A DNA stretch of 64,000 nucleotides from Candidatus Dojkabacteria bacterium (GCA_026415655.1 JAOAGR010000002.1:5-64004), one strand, 5' to 3'; shown: positions 8,517 through 18,853, numbered from the stretch's first letter. Notes: generated from the sequence alone by a model not told the origin. A program made the numbers and translations.

Positions 8517-10235
8517 ATGTCAAGTGGTACAAACAATACCAAAACTGGTGCAGAATTAGTAGCTCAGACAATCGTTGATCTTGGTATTGATATGATTTTT
8601 GGTTATCCCGGTGGAGCTATAATGCCTGTACATGATGCACTTTACATATATGAAACACAAGGAAAGATAAAGCATTATGTTCCGAGACATGAGCAGGGAG
8701 GTATTCATGCCTTGGAAGGTTATGCTAGGGCTAGTGGAAAAGTTGGCGTTATATTTGTAACATCTGGTCCTGGAGCCACAAATTTGGTTACCGGTATTGC
8801 TGACGCTCTGATGGATTCTGTCCCTGTCATATGTATCACAGGTCAGGTAGCAACGCATTTGATCGGCACTGAGGCTTTTCAGGAAACGGACATTATAAAT
8901 GTGACTAAGCCTATTACGAAATGGAATTATCAGATCAGAGATCCTAGAGAGATACCATGTGTTTTTGAAAAAGCTTATTATATAGCTACTAGTGGAAGAC
9001 CCGGTCCTGTACTTATAGATATACCCAAAGATATGCAAACAGCAAAGGTAAATTTGTCGGAAGTATTACATTTTGAGATTCCAAAAGAAAGTCATGTAAT
9101 TGATGATAATTTGATCAGAGAAGCCACAGAATTGATTAATACATCGCAAAGACCTTTGGTATTGGTAGGCCATGGAGCAATCATTTCTAATGCACACGAG
9201 GAAATAAAAGAATTATTAGAAAAAGGACACTTGCCATTTGCTTGCACGTTGCATGGTTTATCAGCACTTCCTAAAGCTCATCCAAACTATGTGGGTTTTT
9301 TGGGAATGCATGGCAATTATGCACCTAATAAACTTACAAATGAAGCCGATTTGCTTATAGCATTAGGTATGCGATTTGATGATAGAGTGACTGGTAATCT
9401 AAAAAAATATGCGCCAAATGCCAAGGTAATTCACATTGACATAGAAAAGTCCAAGATCAACCGTAACGTAACAGCAACAATTGGTATTAATGCAGATTTA
9501 AAAACTACATTGAAACAACTAAATAAATATATCAAATTTGAAGACAGAAAAACTTGGTTTGATAGATTTAGTGAATTGTATTCTATCGAAACAGAAAAAG
9601 TTATTAAAAATCAAACTAATCCCGCAGGTGATAATATTTTGATGGCAGAAGTTATTAAGTTGCTTTCAGATATTACAGATGGCCATGCTAATATTGTAGC
9701 CGATGTAGGGCAACATCAAATGATAACAGCAAGATATTACGAGTTTAATAGATTTAATAGCTTTTTTTCATCAGGTGGATTAGGTACTATGGGATTTGCC
9801 CTTCCAGCAGCAATTGGAGTGAAATTAGCAAGGCCTGATGAAGAAGTTATAGCCGTTATTGGTGACGGAGGATTTCAGATGACCATGCAAGAACTGGCGC
9901 TTATCGCCTATGAAAATATACCAGTGAAGATAATAATTTTGAACAATGGATTTTTAGGCATGGTTAGACAATGGCAAGAAATGTTTTTTGATAAACGATA
10001 TGCCTATACTAATATGTGTAATCCAGATTTTGTAAAACTAGCAGATGCCTATGGTATCAAAGGACGAAGAATTGATTCCAAATCTCAGTTAAAAGATGGG
10101 TTGATTGAATTAGTACAGTCTGATAAAGGTTATCTCCTAGAAATAATTGTTCAAAAAGAAGATATGGTGTTTCCTATGGTGCCTCCTGGAGCATCTGTAG
10201 AAGATGTTATTTTAGAATCGCCTAATTTGGAATAA
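8517..10235 (+). CDS. ilvB: Acetolactate synthase large subunit
   Basis: FGYPGGAIMP, RHEQG, TSGPGATN, GRPGPV, RFDDRVTG, GGLGTMG and the GDGGFQM...NN ThDP motif. Confidence 0.96.
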   Translation: MSSGTNNTKTGAELVAQTIVDLGIDMIFGYPGGAIMPVHDALYIYETQGKIKHYVPRHEQGGIHALEGYARASGKVGVIFVTSGPGATNLVTGIADALMDSVPVICITGQVATHLIGTEAFQETDIINVTKPITKWNYQIRDPREIPCVFEKAYYIATSGRPGPVLIDIPKDMQTAKVNLSEVLHFEIPKESHVIDDNLIREATELINTSQRPLVLVGHGAIISNAHEEIKELLEKGHLPFACTLHGLSALPKAHPNYVGFLGMHGNYAPNKLTNEADLLIALGMRFDDRVTGNLKKYAPNAKVIHIDIEKSKINRNVTATIGINADLKTTLKQLNKYIKFEDRKTWFDRFSELYSIETEKVIKNQTNPAGDNILMAEVIKLLSDITDGHANIVADVGQHQMITARYYEFNRFNSFFSSGGLGTMGFALPAAIGVKLARPDEEVIAVIGDGGFQMTMQELALIAYENIPVKIIILNNGFLGMVRQWQEMFFDKRYAYTNMCNPDFVKLADAYGIKGRRIDSKSQLKDGLIELVQSDKGYLLEIIVQKEDMVFPMVPPGASVEDVILESPNLE

Positions 10236-10670
10236 AACATTTAGTGGATTATCTTACTTTGCTTAATAGATAATTATTTCTGGTATTAAGTGATGCTATA
10301 CAGGATAGAATTATTATAAATTTTAATTATTTTTTAATTAAATTAGCATTAAATATATGAAAATATGAAAATTAAATATTACATTTTTTAATTATAAAGA
10401 TTTATTTAATAAAATTCACAAGCATGTTTAAAGTAAATACTAGTAACTAATATTGTACTGTATAAAACTTTTTATATTAAAGTAAATTGAATTCATCATA
10501 ATAACTCGCGAGTTCTTATTCCTATTGGTTATTCTTAATTTTGTATTAAATTAAAATTAATTTGTGAACTAGAATTCTTAAGTAATCATTTTTAAATTAT
10601 TTAGGATTGTCTTTAAATGGTATTTGTTATAACATAATTAACTAATTGTAAATCGACAGCACATAAGCAC

Positions 10671-10699
10671 TAGACAAAATATAATTTATCTTGTATATT
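10671..10699 (+). promoter_or_regulatory. Putative sigma70 promoter of the tuf/r-protein superoperon
   Basis: TAGACA-17 nt-TATATT, 28 nt upstream of the tuf ATG. Confidence 0.5.
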
Positions 10700-10727
10700 C
10701 ACGAGGATTAATATAAAATAAAAGGCT

Positions 10728-11912
10728 ATGGCAACATTTCAGAGAACAAAACCTCACGTTAATGTGGGTACAATAGGTCACGTAGACCATGGAAAAACTA
10801 CATTGACAGCAGCAATTCTTGCTGTTTTGGCAAGAGCAGGGTATGCAGCAGAGAATTTGGGAGTAGATCAAATCGATAAAGCTCCGGAAGAAAAAGCTAG
10901 AGGAATTACTATCAATGCTACTCATGTAGAATACGAAACAGCCAATAGACACTATGCACATGTTGATTGTCCGGGACATGCCGATTACATCAAGAATATG
11001 ATTACTGGTGCTGCTCAGATGGATGGTGCAATATTGGTTGTTGCTGCAACAGATGGTCCAATGCCTCAAACAAGAGAACATATACTTTTGGCAAGACAAG
11101 TTGGTGTTCCAAGAATCGTTGTATTCTTGAACAAGTGTGATATGGTAGATGATCCAGAGATGATTGATCTTGTACAAGAGGAAGTTGCAGAGTTACTTAA
11201 GAAATATGGTTATAATCCTGATGAAACTAGATTTGTTCGTGGTTCAGCTCTCAAAGCTCTTGAAGAAACAACGGTTGGAGAATGGTCACAAAAAATTCTT
11301 GAGCTCATGGAAGCAGTTGATACCGTAATTCCAACACCAGAAAGGGCAGTTGATCAACCATTCTTGATGCCAATTGAAGATGTATTCCAGATACAAGGTC
11401 GAGGTACGGTTGTTACGGGTCGTATTGAAAGAGGAGTGGTGAAGGTAGGAGATACAGTAGAACTTATCGGTCTTGGTAAGGACAATAAATCAGTCGTCAC
11501 TGGTGTGGAAATGTTTAGAAAACAGTTGGATGAGGGTGTTGCAGGTGATAATGTTGGAGTACTTTTGAGAGGTATTGAAAAGGATGATGTGATGCGAGGT
11601 ATGGTTCTTGCAAAACCAGGAAGTATTACACCTCACAAGAAATTTGTTGCCGAAGTTTATGTTTTAAAAAAGGAAGAAGGTGGAAGACATACAGCATTTG
11701 TAACTGGATATCGCCCACAATTTTATATCAGAACAACTGATGTTACAGGAGAAGTCAAATTAGTGAATTCTGAGATGGCAATGCCTGGTGATAATGTAAC
11801 CATGGAGATAACATTGATTGAGCCTGTAGCTATGGAAGAAGGGATGAGATTTGCTATAAGGGAGGGAGGAAAAACTGTTGGTGCTGGTATAGTAACCAAA
11901 ATTATTGAATAA
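10728..11912 (+). CDS. tuf: Elongation factor Tu
   Basis: [22 protein letters not shown] motifs; 394 aa. Confidence 0.99.
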   Translation: MATFQRTKPHVNVGTIGHVDHGKTTLTAAILAVLARAGYAAENLGVDQIDKAPEEKARGITINATHVEYETANRHYAHVDCPGHADYIKNMITGAAQMDGAILVVAATDGPMPQTREHILLARQVGVPRIVVFLNKCDMVDDPEMIDLVQEEVAELLKKYGYNPDETRFVRGSALKALEETTVGEWSQKILELMEAVDTVIPTPERAVDQPFLMPIEDVFQIQGRGTVVTGRIERGVVKVGDTVELIGLGKDNKSVVTGVEMFRKQLDEGVAGDNVGVLLRGIEKDDVMRGMVLAKPGSITPHKKFVAEVYVLKKEEGGRHTAFVTGYRPQFYIRTTDVTGEVKLVNSEMAMPGDNVTMEITLIEPVAMEEGMRFAIREGGKTVGAGIVTKIIE

Positions 11913-11914
11913 TC

Positions 11915-12229
11915 ATGCAGATACTTCGTATAAAACTTAAGGCTTACGATCCCGGGTTAATTGAATCTGCTTGTAAGAAAATTGCTGAAACTGTAATACG
12001 AACAGGGGCAAAAGTAAGAGGACCCGTTCCTCTGCCCACTAGAATAAAGAAGTGGACGGTGATAAGATCGTCTTTTATTGATAAAAGATCACAAGAGACA
12101 TTTGAACAAAGAATTTCCAGCAGATTGATTGATATAATTGACTCTAATTCTAAGACAGTTTCGAGTTTACAAAGTCTTGTTTTGCCAACTGGAGTATCTG
12201 TGGATATAAAAGTGATAAATCCAAATTAA
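11915..12229 (+). CDS. rpsJ: 30S ribosomal protein S10
   Basis: RIKLKAYD, GPVPLPT; operon position. Confidence 0.97.
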   Translation: MQILRIKLKAYDPGLIESACKKIAETVIRTGAKVRGPVPLPTRIKKWTVIRSSFIDKRSQETFEQRISSRLIDIIDSNSKTVSSLQSLVLPTGVSVDIKVINPN

Positions 12230-12239
12230 TTTAATTCTT

Positions 12240-12785
12240 ATGTATATCGGAATTAAAAAAGGAATGACTCAAGTTTTTGACGAAAAAGGTAATGTTGTAC
12301 CAGTGACGATTATTGATGTTTCTACAAAAATATACCAAGGACTAAAAAATTCTGGTACATTCTTGGGTATAGGAAGTAAAAAACACCCAAAGAAATCAGA
12401 AAAAGGTATATTTGGTGATGAAGTGCCTAAATATTATTTACCAATAAAAAGTGTAGAAGAAGTGGGGATTCCAGAGGTTGGTTCATCAGTAAAAATAACA
12501 GCAAGATCAAAAGGAAGAGGGTTTATAGGGGTTGTAAAATTATGGGGATTTGCTGGTGGCCCAAAAACTCATGGTCAAAGCAATAAACATAGATCACCTG
12601 GATCTATAGGTACGGGTACTACATTTGGTCGTGTGTTACCTGGTCTCAAAATGGCCAATAAAGCAGGTAATAAAGCTGTTACTATACGAAACCTTAAGGT
12701 GGTTGATTACGATGAAGACAATAAGCTTTTACTCATTAAAGGATCTATTCCGGGTTCGTACGGTACATTTGTAAAAATAATGTAA
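12240..12785 (+). CDS. rplC: 50S ribosomal protein L3 (short, 181 aa)
   Basis: KKGMTQ, SKGRGF.G, GGPKTHG, PGSIG, KGSIPG. Confidence 0.95.
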   Translation: MYIGIKKGMTQVFDEKGNVVPVTIIDVSTKIYQGLKNSGTFLGIGSKKHPKKSEKGIFGDEVPKYYLPIKSVEEVGIPEVGSSVKITARSKGRGFIGVVKLWGFAGGPKTHGQSNKHRSPGSIGTGTTFGRVLPGLKMANKAGNKAVTIRNLKVVDYDEDNKLLLIKGSIPGSYGTFVKIM

Positions 12786-12792
12786 AAATCTT

Positions 12793-13365
12793 ATGGAAAT
12801 ATCAATAAAGACAATTGATAATAGAATTTTTGATACTTTGAATATACAGCAGGATGATGTAAATATGAATTATCTGTTAGCAAAATATGTAAGGGTACAT
12901 TCTATTAACTCAGCACAAAATACTAAAAGTACTAAGGGAGTATCTGATGTAAAAGGTCATTCAAAAAAGCCGTATAGACAGAAAGGTACAGGCTATGCCA
13001 GGCAAGGATCCACTAAGGCGCCACATCATAGAGGAGGTGGGGTTGCTCATGGACCTAAGCCCATTCAGAGATCTGCAAGATTGAATAAAAAAGAAAGAGA
13101 AATCCTAAGAAAAAATTTATTGTACACTCTTCTATCTAATGATAGAGTATACATAAATGATAAGGATAATCTTGATAAGGATTTTGTATCAAAATTTAGA
13201 AGAATTGTTTATGTTGTGAATCAAGAACCTCCGGTTTCTTGTAGAAAATTCTCAAATATTATTTTTTCTGATACGGATTCTTTATCTCCTTTACTAATTA
13301 GTGCTTCGGATGTTATTATTGTCGACAAATCTAGCTTAGATGAATTCAAAAAAATGTTAAGTTGA
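12793..13365 (+). CDS. rplD: 50S ribosomal protein L4
   Basis: KPYRQKGTGYARQGS...GGGVAHGP. Confidence 0.95.
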   Translation: MEISIKTIDNRIFDTLNIQQDDVNMNYLLAKYVRVHSINSAQNTKSTKGVSDVKGHSKKPYRQKGTGYARQGSTKAPHHRGGGVAHGPKPIQRSARLNKKEREILRKNLLYTLLSNDRVYINDKDNLDKDFVSKFRRIVYVVNQEPPVSCRKFSNIIFSDTDSLSPLLISASDVIIVDKSSLDEFKKMLS

Positions 13366-13367
13366 TT

Positions 13368-13670
13368 ATGAAACAAGTAATTATAAAACCTTTAATCACG
13401 GAAAAAACATATAAGCTCTATAAAGATAATAGAATTGTAACATTTATCGTTGATAGAAGTTCAACAAAAAAAAATATAGCCTATCACTTCAACAAAATAT
13501 ATGGTATTAATCCTAAGAGTGTACGGGTTGTGTCGTCAAGAAAAGAAAATACTGGTCTTGTAACAAAAAATGGAAGATTATTGGGGAGGACACATAATAG
13601 AATTAAATACAAAAAAGCATATATAAATATAGGGGAAAATAAGTTAGAAATTTTTGAAAATATTGGATAG
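13368..13670 (+). CDS. rplW: 50S ribosomal protein L23 (ATG 13368 preferred over TTG 13362)
   Basis: PLITEK, KKAYI; operon position. Confidence 0.93.
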   Translation: MKQVIIKPLITEKTYKLYKDNRIVTFIVDRSSTKKNIAYHFNKIYGINPKSVRVVSSRKENTGLVTKNGRLLGRTHNRIKYKKAYINIGENKLEIFENIG

Positions 13671-13672
13671 TT

Positions 13673-14512
13673 ATGGCATTAAAAGTATTAAAACCTACAA
13701 CACCAGGACAACGAGGAACGGTTTTGGTAGATAGATCTGTTTTAACTGTAGATAAACCGCTCAAGTCTTTGACTGTAACAATAAAAGGATCTACCGGTAG
13801 AAGCGGTGGAAAGGTAACTACAAGGCACAAAGGAGGAAGATTAATACGTAAGTACAGAATTGTTGATTTTAAAAGATCGGTAAGAAATATATATGGGACA
13901 ATAACAACTATAGAGTATGATCCGTTTCGGAACGCTTTCATATCTTTAGTTGTTTATGATAATGGACAGAAACGCTATATAATAACTCCGCATAATGTAA
14001 ATATCGGTCATAGAATTATAACTGCAGAGAATGTGAGTCCTGATATAGGCAATTCTATGCCTTTAAAAAATATACCTGTAGGACAGCAAATTTTTAATAT
14101 TGAATTAACACCAAATAGTAAAGGTACTATAGTTCGTTCTGCTGGTACTAGTGCAGTACTTCTCGGTTTTGATGGAGATTATGCACAAGTTAGATTACCT
14201 TCAAAAGAAGTAAGACTTTTTAAAAAAGATTGCTATGCAACTATAGGAGTTGTTTCAAATCCGGATGCAAAAAATGAGGTTTTAGGTAAAGCTGGAAGAA
14301 ATAGGTGGCGTGGTGTAAGACCAACTGTAAGAGGTATGGTTATGCCTCCAAACGCGCATCCACACGGTGGTGGTGAAGCAAAAGGTGTTATTGGGCATAT
14401 ACCACGTGATCCTTGGGGAAATATCAGAGGGAAGCTCACAAGACGAAAACGAAATAGATTTTCTAAGTTTATTATAACTAATAGAAAAGGAAGAAAGCAT
14501 ATTAAGAAATAA
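13673..14512 (+). CDS. rplB: 50S ribosomal protein L2
   Basis: [41 protein letters not shown]. Confidence 0.98.
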   Translation: MALKVLKPTTPGQRGTVLVDRSVLTVDKPLKSLTVTIKGSTGRSGGKVTTRHKGGRLIRKYRIVDFKRSVRNIYGTITTIEYDPFRNAFISLVVYDNGQKRYIITPHNVNIGHRIITAENVSPDIGNSMPLKNIPVGQQIFNIELTPNSKGTIVRSAGTSAVLLGFDGDYAQVRLPSKEVRLFKKDCYATIGVVSNPDAKNEVLGKAGRNRWRGVRPTVRGMVMPPNAHPHGGGEAKGVIGHIPRDPWGNIRGKLTRRKRNRFSKFIITNRKGRKHIKK

Positions 14513-14514
14513 TT

Positions 14515-14823
14515 ATGTCTAGATCGCTTAAAAAAGGACCATATGTAGATCAAAAATTACTTAAAAAGATTTTGATTGCAAAACAGAATAATGATAAAAA
14601 GCCTATCAAAACATGGGCTCGTAGAAGCGATATATCTCCAGATTTTGTTGGTATGACTATTGCTGTACATGATGGAAGAAAGCATGTGCCTATTTTTATT
14701 ACAGAAGATATGGTTGGTCATAAACTAGGAGAATTTGTTCCAACGCGTACATTTAGGGGACATGCATCCAAGGGTAAAGTAGCAAAAACACTTGGAAGTG
14801 TTGGTAGAGTAAATAAAGATTAA
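14515..14823 (+). CDS. rpsS: 30S ribosomal protein S19
   Basis: [21 protein letters not shown]. Confidence 0.98.
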   Translation: MSRSLKKGPYVDQKLLKKILIAKQNNDKKPIKTWARRSDISPDFVGMTIAVHDGRKHVPIFITEDMVGHKLGEFVPTRTFRGHASKGKVAKTLGSVGRVNKD

Positions 14824-14825
14824 GT

Positions 14826-15149
14826 ATGAAAGCCTCCGTAAAAAAAATAAATTATACGCCGAGAAAACTTAGATTAGTAGTATCCTTAGTCAAAGGTATG
14901 AATGTTGATTATGCTATGCAATATTTGTCTAATGTAAATAAAAAAGGTGCTCCTATTATTTTAAAAGCACTTAAATCTGCTGTAGCAAATGCGAATATTG
15001 ATCCTAAAAATTTATTTATTGATAAAATTTATGTGAATGAATCATCTTTAAAATTAAAACGAATTTTGTATGCTGCTAGAGGTCGTGGTAAAATGCGAAT
15101 TAAAAGATACAGTGATTTACATATTGAATTAAAAACTAATAATGGCTAA
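14826..15149 (+). CDS. rplV: 50S ribosomal protein L22
   Basis: PRKLRLV, SAVANA, ARGR. Confidence 0.95.
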   Translation: MKASVKKINYTPRKLRLVVSLVKGMNVDYAMQYLSNVNKKGAPIILKALKSAVANANIDPKNLFIDKIYVNESSLKLKRILYAARGRGKMRIKRYSDLHIELKTNNG

Positions 15150-15765
15150 AAAAGTTATACCACAAATATATAGAATAGGTATAAATGAGAAGCATTTATC
15201 TTCTTGGTTTGCTACAAGAGCTAAATTTGCAAAATATTTGCATGATGATTTAAAAATTAGAAAAATAGTCAGTGAACATGCATATATAGCGGGCATTGAT
15301 AAAATTTTAATTTCTCGCAACGATAATAATGTTACTGTCGATTTGTATGTTGGTAGACCAGGTCTCGCTATTGGTAAGAATGGCGTTGGAATAGAGCAAA
15401 TGGAAAAGGAAATAAAATCAAAAGTAGGAGTGGACGCTAAAGTAAATGTTTACGAAGTTAAACAACCATATTTGTCTGCAAATATTGTTGCCCAAAATAT
15501 AGTAGATTCTTTGAAAAAGGGTGTTCCTGTAAAAGTTGCCATGAAGCAGCAATTAGATAGGATTGAAGCATCTGGAGCAAAAGGTGCTAGAATTATGGTA
15601 AAAGGGCTTGGTCCTATAAAACAGGCACGAGCTGAGATATTAGAAATCAAAGGAGGTAGATTGCCGTTAACGACATTGAGATCAAAAATTGATTATGCAT
15701 TTAAGGAAGTTTTAGTTGATAGAATGTATGGTGTAAAAGTTTGGATTTATAAAGGAGAAATATAA
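15142..15765 (+). CDS. rpsC: 30S ribosomal protein S3
   Basis: RPGLAIGKNG KH motif, PLTTLRSKIDY, GVKVWIYKGE. Confidence 0.97.
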   Translation: MAKKVIPQIYRIGINEKHLSSWFATRAKFAKYLHDDLKIRKIVSEHAYIAGIDKILISRNDNNVTVDLYVGRPGLAIGKNGVGIEQMEKEIKSKVGVDAKVNVYEVKQPYLSANIVAQNIVDSLKKGVPVKVAMKQQLDRIEASGAKGARIMVKGLGPIKQARAEILEIKGGRLPLTTLRSKIDYAFKEVLVDRMYGVKVWIYKGEI

Positions 15766-15771
15766 ATTATT

Positions 15772-16179
15772 ATGATCGCACCAAGAAAAACAAAATATAG
15801 AGTTACTCATTTAAGAAAACTTAAAGGAAACTCTACATCAGGCGTAAATATAGAGTATGGCGATATGGCTTTGGTTGCTTTGGAAAATGAGTATGTTACT
15901 CCAAATCAGCTTGAAGCAGTAAGAAGAGTAATAGCAAATACTACAAAAAGGACTGCAAAAGTATGGATTAGAGTTTTTCCAGATCAGCCCATTACTGCCA
16001 AGGGAGCAGGTACTCGTATGGGTAGTGGAAAAGGTCCCGTAAAAGCATACGTAGCACCAGTAAAGGCCGGCAGAGTTCTTATTGAAATAGGAGGGGTAAA
16101 CAGTGAATTAGGCATAAAAGCTCTTACACTTGCTCAGTCTAAACTAGGCGTTAAGACGAAAATACTATTAAAGAAATAA
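15772..16179 (+). CDS. rplP: 50S ribosomal protein L16
   Basis: WIRVFPD, RMGSGKG. Confidence 0.97.
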   Translation: MIAPRKTKYRVTHLRKLKGNSTSGVNIEYGDMALVALENEYVTPNQLEAVRRVIANTTKRTAKVWIRVFPDQPITAKGAGTRMGSGKGPVKAYVAPVKAGRVLIEIGGVNSELGIKALTLAQSKLGVKTKILLKK

Positions 16180-16182
16180 ATT

Positions 16183-16389
16183 ATGTATAAGATAAATGAG
16201 TTGCGAAAAATGCCAAGAGAAGAATTACTTTCTCTTTTGAGTTCTGAAAGAGCAGATCTTATGAAGTTGCGTATACAATTAAAATCCGGGGTTACTAATT
16301 CTGATAATATCAATAATTATAGAAACAAACGTAAATTGATTGCTAGAATAAAAACTATTTTAAAAGAATTAGAATTAATTAATAAGTAG
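16183..16389 (+). CDS. rpmC: 50S ribosomal protein L29
   Basis: ELR...EEL, IARIKT; operon position. Confidence 0.93.
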   Translation: MYKINELRKMPREELLSLLSSERADLMKLRIQLKSGVTNSDNINNYRNKRKLIARIKTILKELELINK

Positions 16390-16391
16390 AC

Positions 16392-16637
16392 ATGACTAAT
16401 GAAAAAAAGAGAAAAAAATTCGAAGGCGTAGTAGTTTCAAATAAAATGACTAAGGCTGTTGTTGTAAGAGTAGAACGCAAAGTGCCTCATCCAAAGTATA
16501 AGAAGATAATTACCAAATACACAAAACTATACGCAGGAAATGAATTAGGTAGTATAAAAGAAGGTGATGTTGTTGTAGTAGAAGAATGTAGACCTTTGTC
16601 AAAATTAATTAGGTTTAAAGTAATAGAGAAAAAGTAA
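16392..16637 (+). CDS. rpsQ: 30S ribosomal protein S17
   Basis: GVVVSNKM, HPKYKK, ECRPLSK. Confidence 0.97.
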   Translation: MTNEKKRKKFEGVVVSNKMTKAVVVRVERKVPHPKYKKIITKYTKLYAGNELGSIKEGDVVVVEECRPLSKLIRFKVIEKK

Positions 16638-16644
16638 AACGTCT

Positions 16645-17013
16645 ATGGTTCAATTAAATACAATATTAAAAGTTGCTGATAACTCTGGTGCAAAGTATTT
16701 TGAAGTAATAACAGTTTTAGGAGGATCGAATAAAAAATTTGGCAGAATTGGGGATAGAGTATCAGGTGTGGTTAAAGGAGCGAATCCTGATGGCAATGTG
16801 AAAGATCATCAAAAATGTCATGCAGTAATTGTCAGGACAAAAAAAGAATTTAGACGAAAAGATGGGACATACATAAAATTTGATGATAATGCAGTTGTGC
16901 TCATTAATAAAGCAGGTGAACCAATAGGTACAGCAGTTTTTGGGCCAATAGCTAGGGAAATAAAAGATAAAGGATATAACAAAATAGCTAGTTTAGCACC
17001 AGAATTATTGTAA
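16645..17013 (+). CDS. rplN: 50S ribosomal protein L14
   Basis: VADNSGAK, FDDNAVV, GPIARE, SLAPE. Confidence 0.98.
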   Translation: MVQLNTILKVADNSGAKYFEVITVLGGSNKKFGRIGDRVSGVVKGANPDGNVKDHQKCHAVIVRTKKEFRRKDGTYIKFDDNAVVLINKAGEPIGTAVFGPIAREIKDKGYNKIASLAPELL

Positions 17014-17023
17014 AACCATAACT

Positions 17024-17314
17024 ATGGCGGCAAAAATTAAAAAAGGCGATACTGTAAAAGTCATGAGTGGCGCATACAAAGGTAAGATTGGTATAGTCAA
17101 TCGAATTGACCGAAAAAATAGTCTTGTATATATTGATGGAATAAATGTTAAAAAAAGAGCTGTTAAAAAAGGAGAACATTCTAATGAGAATTTTGTATAT
17201 GTAGTACATCCTATACATTATTCAAATGTAAAAAAAATTGAACCGTTATCTGATATGCGGGATTCGCAAAGTAGTTTGGGTGATAGTGATTCTGCGACTT
17301 CAGAGACTAAATAA
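17024..17314 (+). CDS. rplX: 50S ribosomal protein L24 with an atypical Ser/Asp-rich tail
   Basis: KIKKGDTV...G..KGK.G KOW motif, PIHYSNV. Confidence 0.93.
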   Translation: MAAKIKKGDTVKVMSGAYKGKIGIVNRIDRKNSLVYIDGINVKKRAVKKGEHSNENFVYVVHPIHYSNVKKIEPLSDMRDSQSSLGDSDSATSETK

Positions 17315-18114
17315 TGAAAATTTCTAATAACGGTATTTCTCTCTCGGAAATCAATTCTCTCATAGATTCAAACTGTGTAATCGTTGGTAATAATGCTATT
17401 CATGATAATCTTCCTGCATTTTTGAAGTATATACATTTTGTTGTTTCATCAGATAATATCAGATCATCTAAAATAAGAAGCGCGATTGACTTCTTGAAAA
17501 AAAATAACATATTTATAATTTATTCCTCAAAACTAATAAGATATCTAAATAAAAGATTGAATTTACATAGAAGAAATATTAATTTTTTCTTATTTATAGA
17601 TCCAAAACTAAGAAATATTGTTAGTTTAAATGATTTTATTCAGGATTCAATAAAATTAAGACATAGTACAATCGTCGCTTTTCCCAGTTTAGACTATGAA
17701 TATAATATTGGATCAATGATCAGAACGGCATATGCTTTTGGAGTTGATGCTATTTTAATACCTAAGAATTTCAAAAATTTTTATTCGCCAGCCGTAACAA
17801 AAATATCAACAGGATATAATTATCAAATAAAACTGATACAAGATAAATTCATTGATTCTTTACGTAGACTTAAAGAGATTGGATTTTCTTTATACTGCTT
17901 TGACTCTTTAGGTGGTGAAAATATATCAAAAGTAGTGTATAATCCAAAAGCTTGTTTTGTATTTGGGACTGAAGCCAAAGGAGTTGAAAAATATATAATG
18001 AGTGAATGTGATTGTACTATTGCCATACCGATGCAAAATGGTGTAGAATCACTCAGTGTATCGGTAAGCTTAGGGATAGCACTTTATGATAGAAAATATA
18101 AGGAAAATATATGA
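17314..18114 (+). CDS. SpoU/TrmH-family (SPOUT) RNA 2'-O-methyltransferase inserted in the spc operon
   Basis: NIGSMIRTAYAFG, FVFGTEAKG and IAIPM..GVESLSVSVS motifs. Confidence 0.9.
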   Translation: MKISNNGISLSEINSLIDSNCVIVGNNAIHDNLPAFLKYIHFVVSSDNIRSSKIRSAIDFLKKNNIFIIYSSKLIRYLNKRLNLHRRNINFFLFIDPKLRNIVSLNDFIQDSIKLRHSTIVAFPSLDYEYNIGSMIRTAYAFGVDAILIPKNFKNFYSPAVTKISTGYNYQIKLIQDKFIDSLRRLKEIGFSLYCFDSLGGENISKVVYNPKACFVFGTEAKGVEKYIMSECDCTIAIPMQNGVESLSVSVSLGIALYDRKYKENI

Positions 18115-18650
18115 ATTTAAAAGAAAAATATAGAAATCAAATAGTAAAAGAATTGATGGGGGAATTGGGCATATCCAATCCAATGCGTGTTCCAAAAATC
18201 GTTAAAATAACTATCAATTCTGGCATTGGAAAGGCGTTGGAAGATCCAAGACTAATAGACGTTATGGTCGAGGATATGTCTGCCTTTGCAGGGCAAAAAG
18301 CTCTGCCTACTTTTGCAAAAAAGGATATATCAGGTTTTGGAAGGCTTAAAAAAGGTGATAAAGTGGGTGTTTTTGTTACGTTAAGGGGTAATAAAATGTG
18401 GAATCTCTTAGAAAAGTTGGTAAATGTAGTTTTGCCAAACATTCGTAATTTTAAGGGTTTGTCTTCTAAATCTTTTGACGGAAGAGGTAACTATTCCTTT
18501 GGAATTAGGCAGCATGTTGTTTTCCCCGAATCAGATCAAAATAGGTTAGAAAAATCTATGGGATTACAAATAAATATTACCACCACAGCAGAATCCGATC
18601 AGGAGGCTTTGGTTTTGTTAAGAAAGATTGGTTTACCAATAGTAAATTAA
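18111..18650 (+). CDS. rplE: 50S ribosomal protein L5
   Basis: VPKIVKITINSGIG, VTLRG, FDGRGNYSFG. Confidence 0.97.
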   Translation: MNLKEKYRNQIVKELMGELGISNPMRVPKIVKITINSGIGKALEDPRLIDVMVEDMSAFAGQKALPTFAKKDISGFGRLKKGDKVGVFVTLRGNKMWNLLEKLVNVVLPNIRNFKGLSSKSFDGRGNYSFGIRQHVVFPESDQNRLEKSMGLQINITTTAESDQEALVLLRKIGLPIVN

Positions 18651-18656
18651 ATTTAT

Positions 18657-18851
18657 ATGGCAAGTAAGTCAAAGATAGTAAAATATTTAAAACAATTAAA
18701 AAAGACAAAGTACGCAGTACGTATAAAGAGACGATGCGCAGTATGTGGTCGACCTAGAGGGTATATGAGAGATTTTGATATGTGTAGAATTTGTTTTAGA
18801 ATACACGCAAGGAATGCGCTCATACCAGGAATTAAAAAATCAAGTTGGTAA
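18657..18851 (+). CDS. rpsZ: 30S ribosomal protein S14, zinc-binding type Z
   Basis: RCAVCGRPR...CRICFR...PGIKKSSW. Confidence 0.96.
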   Translation: MASKSKIVKYLKQLKKTKYAVRIKRRCAVCGRPRGYMRDFDMCRICFRIHARNALIPGIKKSSW

Positions 18852-18853
18852 TT

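Noticed and set aside
8556-9038. 160-aa minus-strand ORF
   Set aside because: Antisense to ilvB; no motifs.
10236-10670. AT-rich gap as oriC, CRISPR array or riboswitch
   Set aside because: No DnaA boxes, regular direct repeats or convincing GC stems seen by eye.
10686-11177. 163-aa minus-strand ORF
   Set aside because: Typical antisense shadow of tuf.
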